Source: Candidatus Latescibacterota bacterium (GTDB lineage Bacteria; Latescibacterota; UBA2968; UBA8231). From it: a stretch of 64,000 nucleotides of DNA. Shown one piece after another: positions 17,998 through 28,558 of the stretch. The translations under genes were made by a program, and so were the position numbers. The stretch covers positions 192,001 to 256,000 of the forward strand of contig CBDCDC010000002.1 in the NCBI GenBank assembly GCA_965215195.1, in the 5' to 3' direction. The notes beneath the pieces are model-generated. The model made no database searches. It was given only the letters and a program-made list of their open reading frames with translations, and was not told the DNA's origin. The first letter of the stretch is position 1. Every line of letters starts with the position of its first letter.

Positions 17998-18476
17998 TTT
18001 GCGCGAGATAGATAGAGGCCATAGGCGCAGAGGAGGACGATGGCAGCGCCTAGCAGGAGGGCCGCGGATGCCGGAAGCGATGCGGGCTGGCCGTTGACTT
18101 CGCGCTGATAGCGGCCGTACTCAGCCGCCAAGAGACTATAGCCGGAAACGAGGGCGGCGACGAGGCCGGCGATGAAGCAGGTGATGACCACAGCGTCGGT
18201 CGAGAACGCGCGGGCCATGCTAGCAGCATACGCGCCCGTGTTGAGCAGCAGGCCGTACCGCGCGGTCAGCAGGCCGTAGAGTACGAGCCCCACGCAGAAC
18301 GAGCCGACGACCAGCGCCGCAAAGATCGACGGCCAGTCGCTGGCCGCAGAGAGTGCCAAGATGCCGGTGCCAAGGACCAAGTGGAGCCACATCCCGACAT
18401 AGGCATAGAAAAAGGGCGCGTGTTCAGACGGCGCGCGCCTCATTAGATAGTGAGCGAAAGTAATGGGCCTCGGCAT
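17994..18476 (-). CDS. Hypothetical integral membrane protein
   Basis: Several hydrophobic segments; start MPRPITFAHYL. Confidence 0.65.
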   Translation of the reverse strand: MPRPITFAHYLMRRAPSEHAPFFYAYVGMWLHLVLGTGILALSAASDWPSIFAALVVGSFCVGLVLYGLLTARYGLLLNTGAYAASMARAFSTDAVVITCFIAGLVAALVSGYSLLAAEYGRYQREVNGQPASLPASAALLLGAAIVLLCAYGLYLSRAN

Positions 18477-18530
18477 GGCAATGCGGCCAAAGATAGGCTG
18501 CCGCCCAAGTGCGTCAACGCATGGCCAATC

Positions 18531-20534
18531 ATGGAAATCCTGTCCATCCCCATCGAAAAAGTCAAAGGCGTAGGAGCCAAACGCGCGTCCGCGCTCAAAG
18601 AGGTAGAGATTTTGACGCTGGGCGACTTGTTGTACTATCTGCCGCGCCGCTACCTCGATCGCACGCAGGTTTTGCCCATGGCCCGGGTGCCCATCGGCCA
18701 AGAGGTGACGGTCATCGGCCAAGTGCGCCAGACGCGCTTCATCCCCGGGCCGCGGCCCCGCTTCGTGCTGGTGGTGGCCGACGAGACCGACGATATCACC
18801 TGTACCTTTTTTCAGGGGGGGCGCTACTTGCAGCGCAACTTTGCCGTTGGCGACGAGCTAGCCATAAGCGGCAAGGTTGATCTCTTCCAAGGGCGGCGGC
18901 AGATGGTCCATCCCGAGTACGAATTCGTATTCGGGGAGGAGCGGCTCCACACGGGCGTCGTGGTCCCGCTCTATACGACCAGTGCCGATATGAAGGAGCG
19001 CGGCCTGCGCAGCCGGGGGTTCCGCCGCTTGATAAGCGGGGCGCTGGACGACTATGCCGAGCGGATCGAAGACGATCTGCCCGCATCCTTGCGGCAGCGC
19101 ATGGGCCTCGCAGAGTTGGGCGCTAGTCTGCGCCAAGTGCATTTTCCCGCCAGCCTCGCCGAAGCCGAGCGGGCGCGGCAGCGCTTGGCCTTTGGCGAGC
19201 TGTTTGCCTTCCAACTGCGCTTGGCGCACCGGCGCAAAAAAAACCGCGAGCAGGCCGACGGCATTGCCTTCGCCCCCAGCGCAAAACTGGTGCCGGCCCT
19301 GTGGGATTCCCTGCCGTTTGCCCCCACGCGCGCCCAGCGCCGGGTCGTCGCCGAGATCGCCGCGCAGATGCAGCGTCCCCAAGTTATGAATCGCCTCGTC
19401 CAAGGCGACGTCGGCTCGGGCAAGACCTTGGTGGGCCTGTGCGCCATGCTGACGGCCGTGGAAAACGGCTACCAAGCGGTGCTGATGGCCCCGACCGAGA
19501 TCCTCGCCGAGCAGCACTTTTTTAACATCCAAGCCCTCGTCGCGCCCCTCGGCCTGACGGCGGTCTTCCTCAAGGGCGGCCAGCGCAAGGCCCTGCGGCA
19601 GGAGCTGTTGACGGCCATTGAAAGCGGCGCGGCTCACATTGCGGTGGGCACCCACGCGCTGATTCAGGAGCAGGTGCAATTTGCCCGCTTGGGGCTGGCG
19701 GTCATCGACGAGCAGCACCGCTTTGGGGTGGTGCAGCGCGGCGCGCTCTACAAGAAGGGTGCGAAGCCGGATTTGCTCGTGATGACGGCCACGCCCATTC
19801 CGCGCACTTTGGCCCTGACCCTGTACGGCGAACTCGACGTGTCGGTCATCGACGAGCTGCCCCCGGGGCGCAAGCCGATTCGCACGGCCCTGCGCGGCAG
19901 CGAGTGCCGTGCGGCGATCTTTGAGTTTGCCGGCGATCAGGTGCGCCAAGGGCGGCAAGTGTACGTGGTCTATCCCCTGATCGAAGAGTCGGAAAAGGCG
20001 GATTACAAATCCGCGGTTGAAGCCTACGAAGAGCTGGGCCACGGCCCGTTGGCCGAGTTCGCCGTGGCCTTGCTGCACGGGCGCATGGCGGCCGAGGAAA
20101 AGACCGCGGTCATGGAGGATTTTAAGCAAAACCGCATCCAAGTCCTAGTCTGCACCACGGTCGTGGAGGTCGGGGTGGATGTACCCAACGCCACGGTGAT
20201 GATCATCGAACACGCCGAGCGCTTTGGCTTGGCGCAATTGCACCAGTTGCGCGGCCGCGTGGGGCGCGGTGGCGAGCAGTCGTTTTGCATTCTCATCAGC
20301 TACGCCCGCGCCGGGGCCGAGCTGGCGGATTCGCACGAGCGGCTCCAGACCATGGAGCGCACCCAAGACGGCTTTGCGATCGCGGAAAAGGACTTGCAAC
20401 TGCGCGGCCCGGGCGAGTTTTTCGGCGTGCGCCAGGCCGGGATGCCGGCCTTTAAGGCGGCGGATTTGCTCGCCGACGGAGATTTGCTGCAAAGCGCACG
20501 CCAAGAAGCCGAGCGGATTGCAGCCAGCCAATAG
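18531..20534 (+). CDS. recG: ATP-dependent DNA helicase RecG
   Basis: QGDVGSGKT, DEQHRFGV, MTATPIPRTL, HQLRGRVGRG, DLQLRGPGE. Confidence 0.97.
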   Translation: MEILSIPIEKVKGVGAKRASALKEVEILTLGDLLYYLPRRYLDRTQVLPMARVPIGQEVTVIGQVRQTRFIPGPRPRFVLVVADETDDITCTFFQGGRYLQRNFAVGDELAISGKVDLFQGRRQMVHPEYEFVFGEERLHTGVVVPLYTTSADMKERGLRSRGFRRLISGALDDYAERIEDDLPASLRQRMGLAELGASLRQVHFPASLAEAERARQRLAFGELFAFQLRLAHRRKKNREQADGIAFAPSAKLVPALWDSLPFAPTRAQRRVVAEIAAQMQRPQVMNRLVQGDVGSGKTLVGLCAMLTAVENGYQAVLMAPTEILAEQHFFNIQALVAPLGLTAVFLKGGQRKALRQELLTAIESGAAHIAVGTHALIQEQVQFARLGLAVIDEQHRFGVVQRGALYKKGAKPDLLVMTATPIPRTLALTLYGELDVSVIDELPPGRKPIRTALRGSECRAAIFEFAGDQVRQGRQVYVVYPLIEESEKADYKSAVEAYEELGHGPLAEFAVALLHGRMAAEEKTAVMEDFKQNRIQVLVCTTVVEVGVDVPNATVMIIEHAERFGLAQLHQLRGRVGRGGEQSFCILISYARAGAELADSHERLQTMERTQDGFAIAEKDLQLRGPGEFFGVRQAGMPAFKAADLLADGDLLQSARQEAERIAASQ

Positions 20535-20542
20535 GACGTGCC

Positions 20543-21673
20543 ATGAAAAGCAAAAGCCTCATTCCGCCCGCGGATTTCGTCGGGCTCAACGCGGTGACCC
20601 ATCTCTGCACCGGGGGCGAAGGTCCTTGGCTCAAAGGGCAGAGCGCGGTGTACGCGGAATTCGCCCAGTGCAAAAGCAGCGGTGATCGCGGTCGCCGCGC
20701 CCTGTACGCCCGCGGCGAGCGCTGCCGCCAGCGCATGGGGCGGCTGTGGGGTGTGCCGGCCGAGCGGATCGCCTTTATGCCCTCGGCGGCCGAGGGCATG
20801 GCTTGGTTGGCGCGGGGCTTGGACTGGCGGCCGGGCGACAACGTGGTCACCACCAACTTGGAATTTCCCTCGGTGGCGTACAATTGGCGCAACGTGCGCC
20901 GGCAAGGGGTTGAGCTGCGGCTGGTGCCGCATTGCGATTGGTTGGTGCGGGAGGAAGATTTGTTGGCGGCCGTCGACGAGCGCACCCGGGTCTTGGCCGT
21001 GAGTCAAGTCAGCTTCTACACCGGGCAGAACCTCGATGTCGAGCAGCTTGCGGCCGGGCTCGCTGGGCGCGACGCGCTCTTGGCGGTCGATGCGACCCAC
21101 GCCGCAGGTGCGGTCGCCGTGCCGGCCGCGAGCGCCGACTTGTGCGTCAGTTCGTGCTACAAGTGGCTGTTGGCGACGCACGGAGTTGCGCCGTGTTATC
21201 TGAGCCAACGGGCCGAGGCGCACGTGCGCTCCACGGCCTTTGGCTGGCGCAACTTAGCCGTGTGGCCGGCCCAAGGGGCCGAGCGCGCCCCGGACGCCGA
21301 CGAAAAGCCCATGCCCGATAAAATGGAGCCGGGCAATCCGGCCATGGTGGCGGTGCTCTACCTCGACTACGCTTTGGGGCGGCTGTTGGACGTGGGGATT
21401 GAGCGAATAGAGGAGCACAACCGCGACTTATCCGCACAAATCAGCGCCGGGCTGGCGCGTCTAGGGCGGCGGGTCATTTCGCCGAGTGTGCGGCCGCAGC
21501 GCTCGGGCAATACCTGTTTTGCCGACGATGACGCGCATGGATTGTGCGAGGCCCTCGCCGAGCGGGGGGTGTTGGTGTGGGGGGAATACGGGCGGGTGCG
21601 GGTCTCGGGGCATTTGTACAACAACAGCGACGATGTGGAGCGGTTTTTGGCGGTCTTGGGCGAGCTGGTGTAG
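20543..21673 (+). CDS. PLP-dependent aminotransferase class V
   Basis: EFPSV, VDATHAAG, SCYKWLL, RVSGHLYN. Confidence 0.9.
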   Translation: MKSKSLIPPADFVGLNAVTHLCTGGEGPWLKGQSAVYAEFAQCKSSGDRGRRALYARGERCRQRMGRLWGVPAERIAFMPSAAEGMAWLARGLDWRPGDNVVTTNLEFPSVAYNWRNVRRQGVELRLVPHCDWLVREEDLLAAVDERTRVLAVSQVSFYTGQNLDVEQLAAGLAGRDALLAVDATHAAGAVAVPAASADLCVSSCYKWLLATHGVAPCYLSQRAEAHVRSTAFGWRNLAVWPAQGAERAPDADEKPMPDKMEPGNPAMVAVLYLDYALGRLLDVGIERIEEHNRDLSAQISAGLARLGRRVISPSVRPQRSGNTCFADDDAHGLCEALAERGVLVWGEYGRVRVSGHLYNNSDDVERFLAVLGELV

Positions 21674-21786
21674 GGCGGGCGGGATGAGGAGAACATGACT
21701 TGTAAAGAATTCATTGAAGTTGCTCTGCTGCTCGGTATTAACGCGGCGGTGTGGGCATCAAAAGCAAGGCAGGGGAGTAAACCGAG

Positions 21787-22107
21787 ATGGATGGAGTGAG
21801 TATTGCGCTAGTCATTGTCTCTTTCTTGGCGATAATCGCGTTGTTGATCGCCGTTAGTGTGTTGCGATCGAATGCGACGGCTAATCGCGAAAAGGCAGAC
21901 TTGGCCTCAGTCAACGCTCTACTGGAGAGCGACCTGAAGAACTTAGAGGCATAAGCCGAAGCCGCACGGCAAAAAGCTGGCGAGGTTGACCAACTACGAA
22001 TCACCAACGCGCAGTTGTCCCAGCGTTTGGAGACCGAGTCGGAGTTGCTGACGAAGGCGACGCGGGCCAAAGAAGCCGTTGGTTTGCAAAGTGCCGAAGC
22101 TCGATGA
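21787..22107 (+). pseudogene. Remnant of a TM-anchored coiled-coil protein (RmuC-like N-terminus)
   Basis: MDGVSIALVIVSFLAIIALLIAVSVL plus coiled-coil sequence, with an internal TAA near 21952 and an early end. Confidence 0.35.
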
Positions 22108-22506
22108 GCGGAAGCTAGCTATGGCCATCATCAATCAAAAGCGCGTAAGAAGCGGTCTGCTGCACCGCGCCTTTAGGCGTGACAAACCCTCGGCGGACCG
22201 CGTTGAGTAGCGGTCCAGCGGCCCTCGGCTGGGGCGTTTTTCGCGGGCGAGACGCCCTCGCTCCTAGATTGTTTGCTGCACCCAAGGGACGGTTCGCGGA
22301 ATTTTCAGACCGCTTCTAAGTAAGATGTAGGATATGTTCCGTCAGGGGCTTAGGTTCTTCATCTGGTGGGCGGCGAGGCTAGGCTTCCACGAAGGTGAAT
22401 ACGAGTGGTGATGAGGCCCCCATTACAACGATTGTGGCCTGATCCGGCCCACAGTATTACCCAAGTAAGGTACGCCATTCGGCGACAGCTACAGAAGGTT
22501 TGCTTT

Positions 22507-22680
22507 ATGAGTACATCTTGGAATTGGCCCGGCGCGCGCTGGTGGCGCGTCGACCTCCATACTCATTCCCCGGCGTCGCATGATTTCGGGAACCGATCGG
22601 ATCGCAACGCTCCAGACTGGAATCGCTGGATTGAAGCCGTACACGATGCTGAAATCCAAGCTGTCGCGATCACGGATCAC
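22507..22680 (+). pseudogene. N-terminal fragment of a PHP-domain protein (PHP-ATPase/TrlF-like)
   Basis: WPGARWWRVDLHTHSPASHD...AVAITDH; homology stops abruptly after this. Confidence 0.75.
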
Positions 22681-23287
22681 GGTCGCCGGTGTGCTGTTAT
22701 GCACTCGCGAGCCGAGACAGTGGATGCCACATGCACAGATTCAGGCGGTGAGCTACGTAGGCGAGCGACATGACATCAACTATCAGACCGACGCCCGCGA
22801 TTTTGGAGGGCCGCTTGATGAACAAGTTTTTGAGGCGTTGCACTTCGTGCGCAGGAATATACGTGTGGCAGCCATGAAAACGATGGCTCGGGTGGATATC
22901 CCTCAATTCAGCCAGCGTGTGGTTTTTGAGGTGCTCGTCAACGCGGTCGCCCACAGAGATTACTCAATGGCGGGTGCGAGGGTACGTCTGCACATGTTCG
23001 GGAACCGTCTCGAACTCTATGTACCGGGAGCACTGGCGAATACGCTCACACCAAACAGTATGGACTTGCGGCAATACAGCCGGAACGAGTTAGTCGTTTC
23101 GCTGCTGGCGCGTTGCCCCGTGCGGGAGGGCGAGGCTCTGGGGCGGGCACGTATGATGGACCGAAGAGGGGACGGTGTGCCGATCATTCTAAACGAGAGC
23201 CGCGAGCTTGCGGGCCGCCTCCCCGAGTACAGCCTGATTGACGACAGCGAGTTGCGGCTGGTGATTTGGGCGGCGCAGCCCAATTAA
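22676..23287 (+). pseudogene. C-terminal fragment of an AlbA/Schlafen-type ATP-binding protein (HATPase_c_4)
   Basis: TVAGVLLC...FEVLVNAVAHRDYS...RLELYVPGAL...SRNELVVSLL...RGDGV; the N-terminal half is missing. Confidence 0.75.
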
Positions 23288-24636
23288 TCGCCAAAAAACT
23301 CGCCGTAGAGCGAGCGCACGGCCGCGGGAATGTCCGCAGCCTTGATGCCGAACATCATGCTGACCTCGCTCGATCCCTGATTGATCATCTCTATGTTGAC
23401 GCCGGCGCGGGCAAAGGCCACGCCGGCGCGGGCCGCCAAGCCAATGGTGTGGTGCATGCCCTCGCCGACGACCATCACCAAGGCGAGGCCGCGGGCGACC
23501 GACAGCTCATCTACCGCTAGCTCGGTGCGGATCCGGCGCAGGACCCGCTCTTCGGCCGCGCGGTTGAAATACGACTCGCGCACGATCACCGACATGTTGT
23601 CAATGCCCGAAGGAGTGTGCTCAAAGGGGATTCCCTCGTCCTCAAAAATGGCCAGCAAGCGGCGGCCAAAGCCCACTTCGCGGTTCATCAGGTACTTGCT
23701 GATGTACGCGCTGCAAAACCCGTCGGTGGCGGCAATGCCAACGACCGGGCGGTCGCCGACTGTGCGCTGGGGGACGATGCGGGTGCCGGGTGCCTGCGGG
23801 TTGTTGGTGTTTTTGACGACGACCGGGATCCCGGCGTGAAACACGGGTTCGAGGGCCTCGTCGTGAAACACGGAAAACCCGGCGTAGGATAGCTCGCGCA
23901 TCTCGCGGTAGGTAATCTCAGAGACGGCGACCGGGTCGGCCACGAGCGCGGGATTGGCCGCAAAGACCGAATCGACATCCGTGAAGTTTTCGTACACGGT
24001 CGCATCGACGGCCGCGGCGAGAATCGCGCCGGTTATGTCCGAGCCGCCGCGCGAGAACGTGACGACCCGGCCGGTGGGCGAATAGCCGAAAAAACCCGGG
24101 AAAATGGTGATGCCCGGCCGGTCTTTGAGCTGGCGCAGCTTGCCGTAGGACGCCTGCAAGACGCGGGCATTGCCCGGCTCTTCCGAGAGAATGAGGCCGG
24201 CCGCGCCCGGGTCGAGGTAGTGGGCTTCGGCCCCGCTGTGGCGCAGGTATTCGGCCACTAGGCGGGCGCAGTTGTCCTCGCCGCCGGCCTTCATGGCGTC
24301 CGCGTAGAGTGCTTGGTCGCTCGTGCTCATGGCCAGCCGCCGCTCAAAATCGGCGACAATGGGCGCGAGCACGGCGTCCGGCAAGCCGAGGTCGCCGACG
24401 ATGGCGGCATAGCGGTCGATGACGTGCGCGAGTGCGGTGCGGCCGTCTTGGTTGGTTAGCTGGGCGCGGACCACCTCGATGAGGAGGTCGGTTACTTTGG
24501 CGTCCGACAGATCGCGCTTGCCCGGGGCCGAGACCACGACGAGCCGGCGCTGAGGATCGGCCGTGACAATGGCGCAGATTTTCTCTATTTGCTCGGCCGA
24601 CGCGAGGGACGAGCCGCCGAATTTGGCTACTTTCAT
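23284..24636 (-). CDS. lysC: Aspartate kinase
   Basis: KFGGSS, VVSAPG, TFSRGGSDITG, two ACT domains. Confidence 0.93.
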   Translation of the reverse strand: MKVAKFGGSSLASAEQIEKICAIVTADPQRRLVVVSAPGKRDLSDAKVTDLLIEVVRAQLTNQDGRTALAHVIDRYAAIVGDLGLPDAVLAPIVADFERRLAMSTSDQALYADAMKAGGEDNCARLVAEYLRHSGAEAHYLDPGAAGLILSEEPGNARVLQASYGKLRQLKDRPGITIFPGFFGYSPTGRVVTFSRGGSDITGAILAAAVDATVYENFTDVDSVFAANPALVADPVAVSEITYREMRELSYAGFSVFHDEALEPVFHAGIPVVVKNTNNPQAPGTRIVPQRTVGDRPVVGIAATDGFCSAYISKYLMNREVGFGRRLLAIFEDEGIPFEHTPSGIDNMSVIVRESYFNRAAEERVLRRIRTELAVDELSVARGLALVMVVGEGMHHTIGLAARAGVAFARAGVNIEMINQGSSEVSMMFGIKAADIPAAVRSLYGEFFGD

Positions 24637-24694
24637 GGCGTTCCTTTGCGAATTGAATAACTGATGTTACGCACCGTTCAGGCGTGGGAGTACT

Positions 24695-25852
24695 ATGGAA
24701 CAACCTATCGCTGCACTCGCACAGCGCAATCGCGAACTGACCATTCTCAACGCCATTGCCCGTCAACTCAACGGCTCGGCCGATCTATCCGCAGCCCTAA
24801 CCGTGGCTTTGGAGCAGATTACCGCGCATTTCGATTTGCAGACCGGGTGGATTTGGTTGCTCGACGAGCAGAGCGGGAAAAGTTATCTGGCGGCCGCGCG
24901 CAATTTGCCCCCGGCCCTCGCGGACGATCCGCGCAGCATGGAGGGCGATTGCTATTGCCTGCGCACCTTCCGCAAGGGCGACTTGCAGGGGGCGGCCAAC
25001 GTCAATGCGGTCGCGTGCAGTCGGCTCGATGGCCGGACCGCCGGGACGGCCGGGTTGCGGCACCACGCCAGCGTACCGCTCTGCGTCCGGGAGAAGAAGC
25101 TGGGAATGCTCAATGTGGTCAGCAGCGATTGGCAAGAGATCGCGAGCGAGGATTTGCGCCTGTTGGAGACGGTTGGGGATATGCTCGGCATTGCCATTGA
25201 GCGGGCGCGCCTTTTCGAGCGGAGCGCGGAATTGGGGGCGGTCGAGGAGCGCAATCGGCTGGCCCGCGAAATCCACGACATCCTCGGCCAAGGCCAAGCG
25301 GCCGTGCTAATGCAGCTAGAGGCCATGGACGCCCTCTTTGAGGCCGGTGCCAAGCGCGAAAAGTTGCAGCGCATCTTGAGCCAGCTCATGGCGATGGTGC
25401 GGGCCAATCTCGAAGAAGTGCGGCGCTCGGTGGTGGACATGCGGGCCGCGTCTTTGGAGGGGTGCTCGCTGGCGGAGGCGCTCGCGGGACTGGCGGCTGC
25501 TGGTACTGGTCCCGATGTCGCGGTCGAAATCGTCGGGCCCCGGCCCCTGCCGTCGCGGGTCGAGGTTGGACTCTACCGCATTGCCCAAGAGGCCCTCGCC
25601 AATGCCCGGCAGCACGCCAACGCCCGGCAGGTGCGCCTCGAACTGGAGATTACACCAGCGGCCGCTACCTTGCGGATCGCAGACGATGGCCGGGGTTTTG
25701 CGCCCGAGCAGTTGTCGGGCGAGCGCTTCGGCCTAGTCGGCTTGAGCGAGCGGGCGCGGCTCTTGGGAGGCCGCTTAGACATAGAGAGTGAACCGGGGCA
25801 GGGGACGCGCATTGCCGCGGTCATTCCCTTGGAGGCCGATGGTGGAAGCTAA
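24695..25852 (+). CDS. GAF-domain sensor histidine kinase (HisKA_3)
   Basis: GAF domain, ERNRLAREIHD, QEALANARQH, DDGRGF, FGLVGLSER. Confidence 0.93.
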   Translation: MEQPIAALAQRNRELTILNAIARQLNGSADLSAALTVALEQITAHFDLQTGWIWLLDEQSGKSYLAAARNLPPALADDPRSMEGDCYCLRTFRKGDLQGAANVNAVACSRLDGRTAGTAGLRHHASVPLCVREKKLGMLNVVSSDWQEIASEDLRLLETVGDMLGIAIERARLFERSAELGAVEERNRLAREIHDILGQGQAAVLMQLEAMDALFEAGAKREKLQRILSQLMAMVRANLEEVRRSVVDMRAASLEGCSLAEALAGLAAAGTGPDVAVEIVGPRPLPSRVEVGLYRIAQEALANARQHANARQVRLELEITPAAATLRIADDGRGFAPEQLSGERFGLVGLSERARLLGGRLDIESEPGQGTRIAAVIPLEADGGS

Positions 25853-26480
25853 GATACGCATCTTGCTGGTCGACGATCATCCGGTAGTGCGAGCTGGCTT
25901 GGCCGCGATGCTGGAAACGCAAGCGGATTTTGCGATCGTCGGGGAAGCTGGCGACGGAGCCGAGGCCGTGCGCGCGGTCGAGGCGCTGAATCCCGATGTG
26001 GTGCTGATGGATCTGGAAATGCCCGCTACTGACGGCTTGGCGGCCTTAGAGGAACTGGCGCGGAAGGACCTGCCCAACAAGGTCATCGTCTTTACCATTT
26101 TTGACACGGATGAGCGGATTTTGCGCGCCGTGCAGGCCGGAGCGCAGGGCTATCTGCTCAAGAGTGCGCCGCGGGAAGAGGTTTTTCAGGCCATCCGCGC
26201 GGTTCACGCCGGCGGTTCGCTGTTGCAGCCGGTGGTGGCCGTGCGCTTGCTCGGCCACGTCAGCGGCAAGGGGAATGCGCCGGCTGGATTGACGCCGCGC
26301 GAGCGGGAAGTGCTCGAACTGTTGGCCAAGGGGTTGCAGAACAAGGAAATCGCCGCAGTCCTCCACATCGGCGAGCGCACCGCCAAGTTCCACGTCAGTG
26401 CCCTGCTGCGCAAGTTGGGGGCTGGCAACCGCACCGAGGCCGTGGCGCTGGCCGCGCAACAGGGGCTTATTACCGTGTGA
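25839..26480 (+). CDS. NarL/LuxR-family response regulator
   Basis: LVDDHPVVR, DVVLMDLEMP, LTPREREVL...NKEIA. Confidence 0.95.
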   Translation: MVEAKIRILLVDDHPVVRAGLAAMLETQADFAIVGEAGDGAEAVRAVEALNPDVVLMDLEMPATDGLAALEELARKDLPNKVIVFTIFDTDERILRAVQAGAQGYLLKSAPREEVFQAIRAVHAGGSLLQPVVAVRLLGHVSGKGNAPAGLTPREREVLELLAKGLQNKEIAAVLHIGERTAKFHVSALLRKLGAGNRTEAVALAAQQGLITV

Positions 26481-26542
26481 ATTAGCGCCGCCCTGTCCTT
26501 TGGGACAGGCCATATCCTAGCCTAATTGCGGGCCTTTAGACT

Positions 26543-26577
26543 GGTCCTCCGAGCGATTCGGAGGGCCTTTTTTTTTG
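26543..26577 (+). terminator. Hairpin plus T-run upstream of the SDR gene
   Basis: GGTCCTCCGA-GCGAT-TCGGAGGGCC followed by a T run. Confidence 0.55.
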
Positions 26578-26625
26578 CGAATTTGAGTAGCGAGCAGGAC
26601 AAACTCATTTGCAAGGAGCAATAGC

Positions 26626-27327
26626 ATGAACGCGGAAAATAAGCGGACCGCCATCGTAACTGGCGCGTCGCGGGGCTTGGGACGGGCCTTGGCGCGAGCC
26701 TTGGCGGACGCGGGTTGGAATCTAATCCTCGATGCGCGGGGTGCTAAAGCACTGGAGGAGGCCAAAGCGGCCTTGTCCTCCCGCACCCAAGTTGTGGCCA
26801 TTCCCGGGGATGTAACCGACCCGGCCCACGGCCGCGCTTTGGCTCGAGCCGCAGCTAAAAGCGGCGGGGTAGATGCGCTGGTCAACAACGCCGGGGCCTT
26901 GGGCCCTAGCCCGCAGCCGCGCCTCCTCGACTATCCGCTCGAAGTCTTGGAGCAGGTATATCGGACAAATGCGTTTGCGCCGTTGGGGCTTGTGCAGGCG
27001 TTGCGCCATCAGCTAGGCCGAGGGGCGCACATAATCAATATCACCAGCGATGCGGCCGTGCAGGGCTACGAGGGGTGGGGCGGCTACGGGTCGAGCAAGG
27101 CGGCCCTGGAGCAGCTTTCCCACGTCCTAGCGGCCGAGCATCCCGAGTGGAAGGTCTATTGGGTTGACCCCGGGGATATGCGCACCGCGATGCATCAGGC
27201 GGCTTTTCCGGGCGAGGACATCAGCGATCGCCCGCTGCCCGAAGAAAGCGTCCCCGGTCTAATCGCCCTGCTCGAAGGGACCTTGCCCAGCGGCCGCTAC
27301 GAGGCGCGCGAATTGACGAACTCGTAA
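26626..27327 (+). CDS. SDR-family oxidoreductase
   Basis: TGASRGLG, NNAG, YGSSK, VDPGDMRT. Confidence 0.92.
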   Translation: MNAENKRTAIVTGASRGLGRALARALADAGWNLILDARGAKALEEAKAALSSRTQVVAIPGDVTDPAHGRALARAAAKSGGVDALVNNAGALGPSPQPRLLDYPLEVLEQVYRTNAFAPLGLVQALRHQLGRGAHIINITSDAAVQGYEGWGGYGSSKAALEQLSHVLAAEHPEWKVYWVDPGDMRTAMHQAAFPGEDISDRPLPEESVPGLIALLEGTLPSGRYEARELTNS

Positions 27328-27340
27328 AGGAGGTGTAGCA

Positions 27341-28441
27341 ATGACGGCTCTACTAGAAAATGGCATCGACCTAGAATTGGCGAGCGGGGGCACTGAGTTC
27401 GCGCTGCCGGCCGAGTTGGAGGCGCGCGAACCGGCCGAAGCGCGCGGGTTGGCCAGAGACGAGGTGCGTTTGCTGGTTACATCAGGTGCGGGAAAAGCCG
27501 AGCACGCGATTTTCCGCCAGCTACCCGATTTCTTGCGGGCGGGCGACCTGCTGGTGATCAATACCAGCGCGACCCTGCCGGCCGCGCTCAAGGGCCAGCG
27601 GGCGGACGGCAGCGCGGTGGAGGTGCATCTTTCGACGCGGCTGCCGGCTGGGATGTGGAGCGCGGAATTGCGCCGGCCAGCCGCTGGGGCCAGCCGGGTC
27701 TTCTATGGGGGCCGGGCTGGCGAAGTGATCGCGCTGGCCGGCCGTGGGCAGCTCAAACTCTACGCACCGTACAGCGAAGATCGGCGCACCCAAAGGGCGG
27801 ACCGGGTGCGGCTGTGGGTGGCGCGGTTGGCCACGTATCCGCTGCCGTGGGCAGACTATCTGCACACCCACGGCTTTCCCATCCGCTACGAGTACGTGGA
27901 GCAAAGCTGGCCTCTGGCCTATTACCAGACCGCTTTCGCCAGCGAACCCGGCAGCGCCGAGATGCCTTCGGCCGGCCGGGCCTTTACCCCAGAGCTGATA
28001 ACCCGGCTAGTGGCCAACGGCGTGCAGATCGCGCCCTTGGTGCTACACACTGGAGTAGCCAGCTTGGAGGAAGGCGAGCCGCCCTACGCCGAGTACTACG
28101 AGGTGCCCGAGCCGACCGCCCAGCAGATCGACCACGTCCGCGCCACCGGGGGACGGGTAGTGGCGGTCGGCACGACCGTAGTCCGCGCCGTAGAAAGCGT
28201 TGCCGACGACCGCGGAAGGGTCCGCGCAGGCGAGGGGTGGACGCGGTTGGTAATAGGCGAGGAGCATCGGCTGCGAGCCATAGATGGCCTGCTGACGGGC
28301 TTTCACGAGCCAAGAGCCTCGCATCTGCAGATGCTACGGGCGCTGGCCGGGATCAAACACCTGCGGCGGGCGTATCAGGAGGCCTTGGCGGCGAGATATC
28401 TGTGGCACGAATTCGGCGACATGCACTTGATCCTGCCGTGA
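27341..28441 (+). CDS. QueA-family (SAM:tRNA ribosyltransferase-isomerase-like) protein
   Basis: RDEVRLLV, GDLLVINTS, YQTAFA..PGSAEMPSAGR, AVGTTVVRA, TGFHEP, FGDMHL. Confidence 0.85.
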   Translation: MTALLENGIDLELASGGTEFALPAELEAREPAEARGLARDEVRLLVTSGAGKAEHAIFRQLPDFLRAGDLLVINTSATLPAALKGQRADGSAVEVHLSTRLPAGMWSAELRRPAAGASRVFYGGRAGEVIALAGRGQLKLYAPYSEDRRTQRADRVRLWVARLATYPLPWADYLHTHGFPIRYEYVEQSWPLAYYQTAFASEPGSAEMPSAGRAFTPELITRLVANGVQIAPLVLHTGVASLEEGEPPYAEYYEVPEPTAQQIDHVRATGGRVVAVGTTVVRAVESVADDRGRVRAGEGWTRLVIGEEHRLRAIDGLLTGFHEPRASHLQMLRALAGIKHLRRAYQEALAARYLWHEFGDMHLILP

Positions 28442-28558
28442 GCAGAGCTGACTCTTGTTTGCAATCTGCCGTGCGGAATTGTCTTTAGGCCGCTTTATGC
28501 CTATTTTTGAACTTTCTGCAGTTGAAAGTCCGCAATCCGCAAATCACATAGGTCCACG

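Noticed and set aside
21696-21740. MTCKEFIE start resembling a zf-HC2 anti-sigma factor
   Set aside because: Only a few codons; too short to support.
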